Assembly (NCBI GenBank): GCA_964476835.1
Contig: CAYZCE010000004.1
Location: 16,244 to 80,243, forward strand
DNA length: 64,000 nucleotides
Origin: an uncultured Rhodospirillaceae bacterium
Lineage (GTDB): Bacteria; Pseudomonadota; Alphaproteobacteria; Micavibrionales; UBA2020
Direction of reading: 5' to 3'
Below, piece after piece: positions 45,849 through 55,252 of this stretch (position 1 is its first letter; every line of letters starts with the position of its first letter). The position numbers and the translations under genes were made by a program. Under the pieces are notes generated by a model. The model was not told the DNA's origin, did no database searches, and saw only the letters and a program-made list of their open reading frames with translations.

Positions 45849-47447
45849 TTAACTTTCCCTCTCGATACGTTGGACGACATCGACGATTTTGTCCTTTTTC
45901 CCGCGTTTTGGGAATAGGGCTTTTAGCGTGTTCAGCGTGAAAATGCCGAAAAAGTGCAGGCCGGCGAAGTACACGAGGCCGCCAGCCGTCACCAGCGAGC
46001 CAAGACCTGCCACGCGCGCCATCGTCCCGCCCGCGAGCATCCCGCCGACTGCATATTGCGTCATGCCCCACAGCACCGCGGCCATGATCAGGCCGCTGAG
46101 CAGGATCAGGCACGCGCGCTTGAGCGAATTGGCCGGAAGGTCGAGGTGGCGTTTCTTGTGCAATCCGTGCAGCAGCAGGCCGACGTTGACCCATGCCGTG
46201 ATGCCCGTCGCCAGCGCGATGCCGACGTGGTGCAGCGGGTGGATCATGGCGAGCGCCAACCCGGTGTTGATCGCCGCGCAGACGATCGCGAACTTGACCG
46301 GCGTCACCGTATCCTCGCGCGCGAAGAAGGCGGTCGAGAACACGCGCGCGATGACATAGGCCGGAAGCCCCATCGAATAGGCCATCAGCGCATGCGCGGA
46401 CTGGAGGCTGGAGGCATGGTCGAACTCGCCGCGCTCGAACAAGACGCTCATGATCGGCCCCGCAATGACGATCAACGCGATGGCGGCAGGCAGCGAGAGG
46501 ATCAGGCCGGTCTCAAATCCGAGGCCGAAGAGCCGCGTCGACTCCCCCTTCTGCTCCGACTTGAGCGCGCGCGACAGCATGGGCAGCAGCGCGGTGCCGA
46601 TGGCAGCGCCGATGACGCCGAGCGGCAGCTGATACAGACGATCCGCATAATACAGGAACGAGATCGAGCCGACCGGCAGCAGCGACGCCAGAATCATGTC
46701 GATAAAGAGGTTGATCTGCGCCGCACCGGAGCCGATGGCGCCCGGCAGCATCAAGCGGAACAGCTTGCGCACGCGCGGCGTCAATCGCGGCAGGCGCGGG
46801 CGCAGGAAATGCCCGATCTGCACGTAGTTAATCAGCACCCAGATGAACTGCACGATACCTGCAGCGGCAAGACCCCACGCCAGCGCATGGCCGCCCGTCT
46901 CGAACCAGTCCTTGCCGAACAGCAGCGAGCACATCATCATGCCGTTGAAGAAGATCGGCGCCGCCGCGAAAGGCCCGAAGCGGTCGAACGAGTTGAGCAC
47001 GCCGCCGAGCAGCGACGTCAGCGACATCATCAGGATATAAGGGAACGTGATGCGCGAGAATTCGAGCGCGAGTTCATAGCGCTGCGGATCGCCGTGCACG
47101 CCGGGGGCAAGTACGTAGAGCACCCACGGCATCGCGATCATGCCGAGGATGGTGAAAGGGATCAGCACGGCGAGCATGACGGCCTGCGCTTCTTCGGCGA
47201 AACTGAGCGCTTCCTTCTTGCCCTCATCCGAGAGCAGCTTGGAGAACATCGGCACGAAGGCGACGCTGAATGAGCCTTCCGCGGTGATGCGGCGGAAGAA
47301 GTTCGGCAGTTTCAGCGCGATGAAGAACGCATCCGCCACCGGGCCGGCGCCCAGAAAGTTGGCGATCAGCACATCGCGCACGAACCCCAGCACGCGGCTG
47401 ACCATCGTGAACCCGCCGACTGTTGCGACTGCTTTGAAAAACGACAT
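45849..47447 (-). CDS. murJ: lipid II flippase MurJ
   Basis: 'MSFFKAVATVGGFTMVSRVLGFVRDVLIANFLGAG'; 14-TM MOP-type body. Confidence 0.92.
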   Translation of the reverse strand: MSFFKAVATVGGFTMVSRVLGFVRDVLIANFLGAGPVADAFFIALKLPNFFRRITAEGSFSVAFVPMFSKLLSDEGKKEALSFAEEAQAVMLAVLIPFTILGMIAMPWVLYVLAPGVHGDPQRYELALEFSRITFPYILMMSLTSLLGGVLNSFDRFGPFAAAPIFFNGMMMCSLLFGKDWFETGGHALAWGLAAAGIVQFIWVLINYVQIGHFLRPRLPRLTPRVRKLFRLMLPGAIGSGAAQINLFIDMILASLLPVGSISFLYYADRLYQLPLGVIGAAIGTALLPMLSRALKSEQKGESTRLFGLGFETGLILSLPAAIALIVIAGPIMSVLFERGEFDHASSLQSAHALMAYSMGLPAYVIARVFSTAFFAREDTVTPVKFAIVCAAINTGLALAMIHPLHHVGIALATGITAWVNVGLLLHGLHKKRHLDLPANSLKRACLILLSGLIMAAVLWGMTQYAVGGMLAGGTMARVAGLGSLVTAGGLVYFAGLHFFGIFTLNTLKALFPKRGKKDKIVDVVQRIERES

Positions 47448-47497
47448 TTGCCTTGCTCGCCCCTTGGTGTACAGTACAGGCAATCATAGCACCGCCC

Positions 47498-48253
47498 ATG
47501 AAAAGCAAAAACAAAGAATCTGAATGGTTTGGCTACAAACGCGTCGACCCCCGCGCCAAGGCGCGGCTGGTGGAAAGCGTGTTTTCCTCCGTCGCCGACC
47601 GCTATGACCTGATGAACGACCTGATGTCGGGTGGCGTGCACCGTCTATGGAAAAACCGCCTGATCTCGATGCTGCATCCCACGCCGCGCAAGAAGCTGCT
47701 CGACGTCGCGGGCGGCACGGGCGACATCGCGTTCCGCTACCGCAAGCGCGCGGGCGACGGCGCCGAGATCACCGTCTGCGACATCAACCGCGAGATGCTG
47801 CGCGTCGGGCAAGACCGCGCGATCGACCGCGGCTACGTCAAGGGCTTCACGTGGGTCGAGGGCAATGCCGAGAAGCTGCCCTTCGCCGATAGCAGCTTCC
47901 ACCTCTACACAATCTCCTTCGGCCTGCGCAACGTGCCGAAAATCGACGATGCGCTCGAAGAGGCCTATCGCGTGCTGAAACCCGGCGGACAGTTCTTCTG
48001 CCTCGAGTTCAGCCGCATGGTCAACCCGACACTGCGCAAGCTCTACGACGACTATTCCTTCCACGTCATCCCCAAGATCGGCGAGATCGTGGCGCAGGAC
48101 CGCGAGAGCTACCAGTACCTCGTCGAAAGCATCCGCCAGTTCCCCGCGCAGGACGAACTGAAAAAGCGCATGGAACGCGCCGGGTTTGAAAAAGTCGGCG
48201 TCACCAACCTCACCGGAGGCATCGCCGCGATCCACTGCGGGATCAAGCTCTAG
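47498..48253 (+). CDS. ubiE: ubiquinone/menaquinone biosynthesis C-methyltransferase
   Basis: 'FSSVADRYDLMNDLMSGGVHRLWK', SAM motif 'LLDVAGGTGDIA'. Confidence 0.92.
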   Translation: MKSKNKESEWFGYKRVDPRAKARLVESVFSSVADRYDLMNDLMSGGVHRLWKNRLISMLHPTPRKKLLDVAGGTGDIAFRYRKRAGDGAEITVCDINREMLRVGQDRAIDRGYVKGFTWVEGNAEKLPFADSSFHLYTISFGLRNVPKIDDALEEAYRVLKPGGQFFCLEFSRMVNPTLRKLYDDYSFHVIPKIGEIVAQDRESYQYLVESIRQFPAQDELKKRMERAGFEKVGVTNLTGGIAAIHCGIKL

Positions 48254-48722
48254 ATTTCAGGAATTCTTGCGCCGCGCGGATGTCGACCTGCTGGTGGTCG
48301 CCGTCGAGCAATGACTTGTAGGCGATCAACCGCGCCGGCGCGATGACCGGGACAGTCAGGCCGAACAAATCCATCGGCCGCGCGTCCTCCACCCCGAACG
48401 GGATATCCACCCACGCTGTGCCGTCAAAAATCTTCGTGGCGTCGCCTGCGCCGATATCCACTTCCTGCCCGTGATGGTCGAGGGTGATGAGCGGCAGGTC
48501 CCATCTCTTGTCGACATAGCGCGCAGGACCGAAGACCGCATACGCCGCCACCTCGGGCGCAACACGCGCGAAAGCTGACGCCGGAATATCGAGGTCGATA
48601 TCGTTGAGCGCACGCGGCGATCCGTAGGCCTTCGCCGCCAGACCGCCCGTCACCACGAATGGCACCTGATACCGCCGTAACAGAGAAATGATCCACTGAA
48701 ATGTCTTGGCCGTATCCTTCAT
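48243..48722 (-). CDS. nucleotidyltransferase-fold protein (pol-beta superfamily)
   Basis: 159 aa; 'VVTGGLAAKAYGSPRALNDIDLDI' matches the G[GS]-x9-13-DxD minimal nucleotidyltransferase pattern. No HEPN-type partner seen. Confidence 0.55.
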   Translation of the reverse strand: MKDTAKTFQWIISLLRRYQVPFVVTGGLAAKAYGSPRALNDIDLDIPASAFARVAPEVAAYAVFGPARYVDKRWDLPLITLDHHGQEVDIGAGDATKIFDGTAWVDIPFGVEDARPMDLFGLTVPVIAPARLIAYKSLLDGDHQQVDIRAAQEFLKSRA

Positions 48723-48839
48723 GAAATAAAATATATCATTATCAAATACTTATCGGCAACCCCGGCCTGCTTTTTCCACTTGCGTTATGGATAATATTTA
48801 TATAAATTATAAAGGCTTAACGCATAGCCCGGATCACGC

Positions 48840-49439
48840 ATGATGACGTTTGAACAACAACTGAAAAAGGTCGCCGCTTCGCTGACGGCAGGCAACCAAA
48901 AAATTGCGTTGGTGATCATCGACGTGCAGCGCGATTTTTGCGACCCCACGTCCTTTGGCTCGCGGCGCGGCAATGCGGAAACCAAGCAAGTCGCCACGCG
49001 CATCGCCGAGCTGGCGCCGGAATTCCGCAAGGCGGGCATTCCCGTCTACGCCGTCTATTTCGGCATCTTCGACAAGAAATCCGAAGACATCGACTTCTAC
49101 CAGTTCAAGCCCGCACCTGAAGACAAGATCGTCCGCAAGAACGCCAATTCCGCCTTCAAGCACGGCGGCCTCAAGCCGGCGCTGGAACAGGACGGTCGCA
49201 CCTTGCTGCTCACTTGCGGCTTCAACCTCAACGCCTGCGTATACAAGACCGTCCTCGATGCACGTGAACGCGGCTATGCGGTCACACTGCTGCGCGATCT
49301 CTGCGGCAACGACAACAACCACAAGCCCGAGGACGAAAATCCGCAAGTTTTCGTCGACGTCATGGCCCACAACGGCGTCGCCATCGAGCAATCCGCCGAT
49401 GTGCTGAAACAGCTGACCGCAAAGAGGTCCGCGCCATGA
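48840..49439 (+). CDS. isochorismatase-family cysteine hydrolase, paralog 1
   Basis: Asp 'LVIIDVQRDF', Lys 'RKNANSAF', Cys 'GFNLNACV'; conserved 'DLCGN'. Confidence 0.8.
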   Translation: MMTFEQQLKKVAASLTAGNQKIALVIIDVQRDFCDPTSFGSRRGNAETKQVATRIAELAPEFRKAGIPVYAVYFGIFDKKSEDIDFYQFKPAPEDKIVRKNANSAFKHGGLKPALEQDGRTLLLTCGFNLNACVYKTVLDARERGYAVTLLRDLCGNDNNHKPEDENPQVFVDVMAHNGVAIEQSADVLKQLTAKRSAP

Positions 49440-50065
49440 GCGATTTCACCGCCCGCCTGAAACGCGTCCTCGACTTCTTCACGCCGGAAAATCTGAAGAA
49501 GCAGACCATCCGTTATGAAGGCGACACCGCGCTGCTGGTGATCGACGTGCAGAAGGAATTCTGCGCGGAACAAAACGTCATCGACCGGCTGCTCTTGCAC
49601 GACCGCTCCGGCAATCGAGAAACCGAGGAAGTGGCGGAAAAAATCCAGTCAATCGTTCCCGAATTCCGCAAAGCCGGCATCCCCGTTTACGTCGTCTATT
49701 GCGACTTTGCCGCTTCCAGACGGCCGAACTTTCATAAGTTCAAGCCCGCATCCGGCGACATGATGATCCCAAAATCGACTAACTCGGCCTTCGCAGTACA
49801 GACCTTCAAAGACATCCTGCACCAAGAAGGCCATGAGAACTTGCTGGTCTGCGGCTTCAACCTCAACGCCTGCGTCATGGATACGGCGATAGACGGCGTC
49901 AGGCTCGGCTTCAATGTTTCCGTCCTGCGCGATCTCTGCGGCAACAATAGTCCCAACGATGACGAACCCGCTTATTGCGTCAATGAGATGCGCAACAGCG
50001 GCGTGACGATCGAGGAGGACGTTTTTGATATTCTCAAGAAGCTTCCCCGGAGGAAACTGCCATGA
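49436..50065 (+). CDS. isochorismatase-family cysteine hydrolase, paralog 2
   Basis: 'LLVIDVQKEF', 'PKSTNSAF', 'GFNLNACV', 'DLCGN'; ATGA overlap with paralog 1. Confidence 0.8.
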   Translation: MSDFTARLKRVLDFFTPENLKKQTIRYEGDTALLVIDVQKEFCAEQNVIDRLLLHDRSGNRETEEVAEKIQSIVPEFRKAGIPVYVVYCDFAASRRPNFHKFKPASGDMMIPKSTNSAFAVQTFKDILHQEGHENLLVCGFNLNACVMDTAIDGVRLGFNVSVLRDLCGNNSPNDDEPAYCVNEMRNSGVTIEEDVFDILKKLPRRKLP

Positions 50066-50604
50066 GCCGTAAAAGCGCCTTCAACAACGCCGCCCTCCTT
50101 GTCGTCGACGTGCAGCGCGAGTTCTGCGACCCCACGTACCATCCGCGCGGCAGCTTTGAGACGAACATGATCGCGCAAAACATCGCCAAGCTCGTGCCGC
50201 AATTCCGCAAGGCGGGCCTCCCCGTCTATGCCGTCCATTTCGGACTGCCCGTGAATAACATCTATGAAGCCCATTTCCACCACTTCAAGCCCGCGAAGGA
50301 AGACACGCTGATCTCCAAGCTGTCCAATTCCGCCTTCGGCCGGCGCGGCAACCAGACGGCGAAGACCCTGCACAAGGACGGACGCCAGACGCTGCTGGTC
50401 TGCGGCTTCAACCTCAGCGGCTGCATCAAGGACACGGTGCTGGACGCGCGCCGCGCCGGCTTCGATGTCTTCGTCATCACCGACCTGTGCGGCAACGGCA
50501 ACACCAACCACGACTGCGACGCCGCGGCCGACCTTGCCGACATGGTAAAAAAAGGCGCCGTGGCCGACACCGCGCAGAACATCCTGAAACGCCTGACCCA
50601 TTGA
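50062..50604 (+). CDS. isochorismatase-family cysteine hydrolase, paralog 3
   Basis: 'LLVVDVQREF', 'SKLSNSAF', 'GFNLSGCI', 'DLCGN'; ATGA overlap with paralog 2. Confidence 0.8.
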   Translation: MSRKSAFNNAALLVVDVQREFCDPTYHPRGSFETNMIAQNIAKLVPQFRKAGLPVYAVHFGLPVNNIYEAHFHHFKPAKEDTLISKLSNSAFGRRGNQTAKTLHKDGRQTLLVCGFNLSGCIKDTVLDARRAGFDVFVITDLCGNGNTNHDCDAAADLADMVKKGAVADTAQNILKRLTH

Positions 50605-50605
50605 C

Positions 50606-52486
50606 ATGACGTTCCGGCAGGACATCAACGCGCTGCGCGCCATCGCCGTCGTGTCGGTGCTGCTCTACCATTTCGGCGTGCCGGGATTTGCGGGCGGCTT
50701 CGTCGGCGTCGACGTCTTCTTCGTGATTTCGGGATACCTGATGACCGGCATCATCCTCGGCGGGCTGGCCGAGGGGCATTTCTCGCTGCTGCGTTTCTAC
50801 CTTGCCCGCGCGCGCCGCATCATGCCGGCGCTGGCGGTGCTGGTGACCGCCCTGCTCGCGCTCGGCTGGTTCTTCCTGCCGCCGTCGGATTATGCGGGGC
50901 TTGGATTGCATGGCGCGTCGTCGTCCTTGTTTTTCTCGAACTTCGTCTACAAGGGCGAGGACGGGTATTTCGACGTGCCTTCGCGCACGAAATGGCTGCT
51001 GCACACCTGGTCGCTCTCGGTCGAATGGCAGTTTTACCTGATCTATCCGCTGCTGCTGGTCTTCTTCCGCCGGCATGGGCGCACCATCGCGGCGCTCGGC
51101 GCCTTGTCGCTGCTCGTCTCCATCTGCACCTCGGCGTCGATCCCCAGCTTCGCCTTCTACCTTTTGCCGACGCGGCTGTGGGAAATGGCGCTCGGCGGGC
51201 TGATCGTCGCGCTACCCAAGGCAACAACGCGCGCGGGTCGCTGGCCGGGTTACGCGCTGATCGCGGCGGCGATCTTCTGTCTCAGCCACGACGACACATG
51301 GCCGGGATATCTCGCGCTGCTGCCGACGCTCGGCACCGCGCTGGTGATCTGGTCGAACGGCAGCGCGAAACTCGAGCAAATGCGACCGGTGCAGGCGATC
51401 GGCACGTGGTCTTATTCGCTCTACCTCTGGCACTGGCCTTTCGTCGTGGCGCTCGGCTATGCGGGGCTGTCGCAGGATCCCGCCGCCATCGCGAGCGCGA
51501 TGACGCTCTGCCTGATCGCCGCCATTGCCTCTTATACCTTCGTCGAGGCGCCGTTGCGTGAACGAAAAATCGGCTGGCTGCCGCTCGGCCTGATGACGCT
51601 GCTGCCCGCCGCGCTCGGCCTCGCCCTCTGGCTGGCGCACGGCGTGCCGGCGCGCGTCAGCCCCGCCGCACTCGCTTTCGACCAAGCTGCGCAAGAACAT
51701 TCCTCCAACGCGGACCGCTGCGCTTTCGACAAGAAGACCCACCGCCTCGGCGCCAAATGCAAACCGGCCGAAGCCGCTTTCGCCGTCTGGGGCGACAGCC
51801 ATGCGGGCGCAGTCTACAGCGCCGTCAAGGCCGCCAGCGGCGGACGCCGCGGCGTGCTGGTCACCTATTCTTCCTGCCCGACGATTTTCGGCGCGTACGT
51901 CGTGACGAAGCGCGACAAGACGATCTGCCCCGGTTTCAACGACGCCGCGCTGGCGGCGCTCAAGACGCTGCCACCGCACGCACCGATCATGATCGTCAAC
52001 CGCTACGGCTACTATCTCTCGGGCCGCGACACCTCGACCGACCGCCGCATGATGCTCGGCTTCGATGTGCCGCAGGCAGGCAAGGATGGCACCGCGCTGT
52101 TCTCCGACACGCTCACGCAGAGCCTGTGCCGCATCAAACATGAAACTGGCCGCTCCGTCTATGCGCTCAAGCCCGTGCCGGAAATGGGGATCGACATTCC
52201 ACGCACGCTGGCGCGCCGTGTGATGATCCTGCCCGCGCAACCCTTGCCTGCGCTTGCGCACCCGCTGGCGGAATATGAAGTGCGGCAGAAAGTTGTGCTG
52301 GAGACACTCGCCCGCGCACATGCGGAATGCGGCATCGGCGTCATCGACACGCCCGCGGCGCTATGCGCGGACGGCACCTGCCAGAGCCACGACGGCGCGG
52401 AAGTCTTTTACTTCGACGACAACCATTTGAGCGAAGCCGGGAACAAGAAGCTCGTCCCGCTGCTCAAGGCCATCTTCAAGAAATAA
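50606..52486 (+). CDS. acyltransferase-3 (OafA/YrhL-type) membrane O-acyltransferase with C-terminal SGNH-like domain
   Basis: 'INALRAIAVVSVLLYHF...GVDVFFVISGYLM'; about 10 TM; C-terminal 'WGDSHA...DDNHLS' SGNH-type segment. Starts 1 nt after the paralog 3 stop. Confidence 0.85.
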   Translation: MTFRQDINALRAIAVVSVLLYHFGVPGFAGGFVGVDVFFVISGYLMTGIILGGLAEGHFSLLRFYLARARRIMPALAVLVTALLALGWFFLPPSDYAGLGLHGASSSLFFSNFVYKGEDGYFDVPSRTKWLLHTWSLSVEWQFYLIYPLLLVFFRRHGRTIAALGALSLLVSICTSASIPSFAFYLLPTRLWEMALGGLIVALPKATTRAGRWPGYALIAAAIFCLSHDDTWPGYLALLPTLGTALVIWSNGSAKLEQMRPVQAIGTWSYSLYLWHWPFVVALGYAGLSQDPAAIASAMTLCLIAAIASYTFVEAPLRERKIGWLPLGLMTLLPAALGLALWLAHGVPARVSPAALAFDQAAQEHSSNADRCAFDKKTHRLGAKCKPAEAAFAVWGDSHAGAVYSAVKAASGGRRGVLVTYSSCPTIFGAYVVTKRDKTICPGFNDAALAALKTLPPHAPIMIVNRYGYYLSGRDTSTDRRMMLGFDVPQAGKDGTALFSDTLTQSLCRIKHETGRSVYALKPVPEMGIDIPRTLARRVMILPAQPLPALAHPLAEYEVRQKVVLETLARAHAECGIGVIDTPAALCADGTCQSHDGAEVFYFDDNHLSEAGNKKLVPLLKAIFKK

Positions 52487-52494
52487 GCGGAAAC

Positions 52495-53635
52495 TTAGTC
52501 GAGATCCTCATAAGCGACCTTCTTGTCGCCCTTCTTGTCGGTCAGCTTCTGCGCAAGCGAAGCTTCGAGGAAGGGGTCGAGGTCGCCGTCGAGCACGCCC
52601 TGCGTGTCGGAGGTTTCGTGGCCGGTGCGCAGGTCCTTGATGAGCTGGTACGGATGCAGCACGTAGGAGCGGATCTGGTGGCCGAAGCCGATATCGGTTT
52701 TTTGAGCTTCCGCCTCGTCGCGCAGGGCTTCGCGTGCTTTCACTTCGCGCTCGTACAGTTTCGCCTTCAGCATCTTCATGGCGGCGGCGCGGTTTTGGTG
52801 CTGCGAGCGCTGGTTCTGGCAGGCGACGACGATGCCGGTCGGCAAGTGCGTCAGGCGGACGGCCGAATCCGTCTTGTTGACGTGCTGGCCGCCCGCGCCG
52901 CCGGAGCGGTAGGTGTCGACGCGCAAGTCCTTGTCCTCGACCTTGATGTCGATGTTTTCATCGACCACCGGCGTGACGGAGACGGAGCAGAAACTGGTAT
53001 GGCGGCGCGCATTGCTGTCGAACGGCGAGATGCGCACGAGGCGGTGCACGCCGGATTCCGATTTCAGCCAGCCGTAGGCGTTCTCGCCAGGCACTTCAAG
53101 CGTCGCGCTCTTGATGCCGGCGACTTCGCCGTCCTGCTTGTCCATCAGGGAGACCTTGAAGCCGCGCTGGTCGCACCAGCGCAGGTACATGCGGAGCAGG
53201 ATGCCCGCCCAGTCGCAGGCCTCGGTGCCGCCCGCGCCCGCGTTGATCTGCAGGTACGCGTCGTTGCCGTCCAGCTCGCCCGAGAGCAGGCTGGCGAGGC
53301 CGCGCTTGGCAACTTCGTCCTTGAGCGTGAAGAGGGATTTCTCGGCGTCGGCAACGATGGAATCGTCGTTCTCCGCCTCGCCCAGCTCGATCATGCCGAC
53401 GTTGTCGTCGAGCGAAGATTGCAAACCCTTGATCGCACCGATCTGGCTATCCAGCCGGGTGCGTTCTTTCAGGAGCTTCTGCGCGCGCTCGGGATTTTCC
53501 CAGAGCGTCGGGTCTTCGGCGAGGGAATTCAGTTCGGAGAGGCGATGGAGGGCACGGTCCCAGTCAAAGATGCCTCCTCAGCAGCTCCAGCGAGGACTTG
53601 ATGTCGCTCACCGCTGCTAGGATTTCTGCTTTCAT
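52495..53635 (-). CDS. prfB: peptide chain release factor 2 (requires programmed +1 frameshift)
   Basis: Frame 0: 53635-53567 encodes [23 protein letters not shown], then in-frame TGA. +1 frame: 53565-52495 continues [12 protein letters not shown]... and contains 'SPF' and '[13 protein letters not shown]'. Confidence 0.93.
53563..53578 (-). promoter_or_regulatory. prfB autoregulatory +1 frameshift site
   Basis: Minus strand reads AGGAGG CAT CTT TGA C: internal SD-like element, slippery CUU, UGA stop followed by C. Confidence 0.9.
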
Positions 53636-53656
53636 GGGAGGCTTCCTTCCAGGCGC

Positions 53657-54151
53657 TTACGCGGCCAGCGCGACGGCCGGTTGGGCCGCGAAGTGCGCGA
53701 CCATCTTTTGCACGAAGCCGAGGACGTCTTCCTTCGCCTCGCCCGACAGCAGGGGCACGTTGGCGCAGTCATGCCCGTTGAGCAGTTGCACAGCTTCGTC
53801 CATCACGCAAGCCGGCTTGCGCGCGGCAACGAAGCTGCCGACGATGCGCTCGGCATGCGGGTTGGCCGCCAGCTTGGCGATGCTGCGCGAGCCGCCGGGA
53901 ATGACCAGGAGGTCGAAATCGGCGCCGAGCGCCTGGTTGATCTGGATGTCGACGGGGAAGTAGAGGCCCCAGGCATTGTTGTTCCAGCTGTTGACGAGGC
54001 CGGGTTCGGTGCCGACGGTCTTGATGACCGCGCCTTCCTTGAGCAGTTCGCGCTGGATCGTGGACATCGCCGCTTCCTCAACGCCGCTGGAAACGAGAAT
54101 AAGGACCTTCTTACCGGTGAGCAGCTGAGCCATGCGACTGACGATCTCCAT
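53657..54151 (-). CDS. DJ-1/PfpI-like (class I glutamine amidotransferase-like fold) protein
   Basis: 'KKVLILVSSGVEEAAMST...DLLVIPGGSRS' matches the DJ-1/PfpI layout. The nucleophile-elbow region 'KPACVMDEA' is atypical. ATG 54151. Confidence 0.5.
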   Translation of the reverse strand: MEIVSRMAQLLTGKKVLILVSSGVEEAAMSTIQRELLKEGAVIKTVGTEPGLVNSWNNNAWGLYFPVDIQINQALGADFDLLVIPGGSRSIAKLAANPHAERIVGSFVAARKPACVMDEAVQLLNGHDCANVPLLSGEAKEDVLGFVQKMVAHFAAQPAVALAA

Positions 54152-54252
54152 GTTATTATTGTTTGTTTCGCGTAGCGGACAGAATAAGCCATCGCGGTCG
54201 GGAGGCGGCAATATAAGTGACTTGCCGCCCGGAAGTCAACATAAAACAGCCG

Positions 54253-55125
54253 TCAGGGCTTGGAAGCCTGCCCCGGAATGGGCGACTTGGTGAAAGTCGT
54301 CTGGCCGGGGTTGACGACGCCGGCGACGTCGAGGGCGGCTTTGTTGATCAGGTCCTTCGCGTCCGTGTAGTCTTTGGGCGTCAGCGCGGGCAGCGCGGTC
54401 AGCTCGATCACGGTGCGGCGCAGTTGCAGGCGCTTCCAGAACTCGGTCAGCATGTTGCCCGCCGTCGGCATCGAATAGAGGTTGCGGACGTCGTCGTTGG
54501 CGGCGTCCTTGCCGTTGACCGACTTCACGCAAATGGCGATCGGCTGCACCACGACGTCTTCCGTCAGGGCGACTTCCTGGCCCTTCTTCCGGCCGTCCGC
54601 GAAGGCCCCCTTCTCGCCGAACAGCGGCGTGATAAGCGCGGCGCGGAACAGGTGGACTTCCTTGCCTTCGCTCGTCGTGCCTTCGGGGAACAGGATGGTG
54701 TTGTAGCCCTTGTTCATGTTGTCGATGATCTTGGCGCGGGAATCCGGGTTGAATTCCGACGAGCGGCGCAGGCCGATGAACTTGATGGCGCGCGCCATCG
54801 GCGCGATGACCGGCCAATCGAGGATGTCGCTCTTGCCCGCGAAGGTGCCCTTGAGCACGCTGCCGAGCACCACGAAATCCATCAGCGCGAGGTGGTTGGC
54901 GACGAAGAGCACGCGCTTGTCCTTGACCACCGGCGCCGACGCCTTGTTGAACACGACCTTGTAGCCGAACAGGCGGCGCATGCTGTTGTAGATCAGCTTG
55001 GGGATCGCCGTGTAATTGCGCGTCAGCGGGCCGACGATGAGGGCTTGGGTTGCCGTGAGGGCGGCAAAGCCGAGGAACATCGGGATACCGATGGCGAGAC
55101 GCAAGGCGGCGCGGACGTACTTCAT
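54253..55125 (-). CDS. lysophospholipid (1-acyl-sn-glycerol-3-phosphate-type) acyltransferase family protein
   Basis: N-terminal TM; HX4D 'ANHLALMD'; 'FPEGTTS' block. Confidence 0.8.
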   Translation of the reverse strand: MKYVRAALRLAIGIPMFLGFAALTATQALIVGPLTRNYTAIPKLIYNSMRRLFGYKVVFNKASAPVVKDKRVLFVANHLALMDFVVLGSVLKGTFAGKSDILDWPVIAPMARAIKFIGLRRSSEFNPDSRAKIIDNMNKGYNTILFPEGTTSEGKEVHLFRAALITPLFGEKGAFADGRKKGQEVALTEDVVVQPIAICVKSVNGKDAANDDVRNLYSMPTAGNMLTEFWKRLQLRRTVIELTALPALTPKDYTDAKDLINKAALDVAGVVNPGQTTFTKSPIPGQASKP

Positions 55126-55252
55126 GCAGGAAGCCTCATGGTGTTGAGTGGTATATTATTCATAATAGAATCAGTCCCCCCAGTCAACGGAATTGATAAA
55201 ACAGGGTATCTTTTGAAAGAAAAATACACAAGACGGGTAATAAAATTACTCG

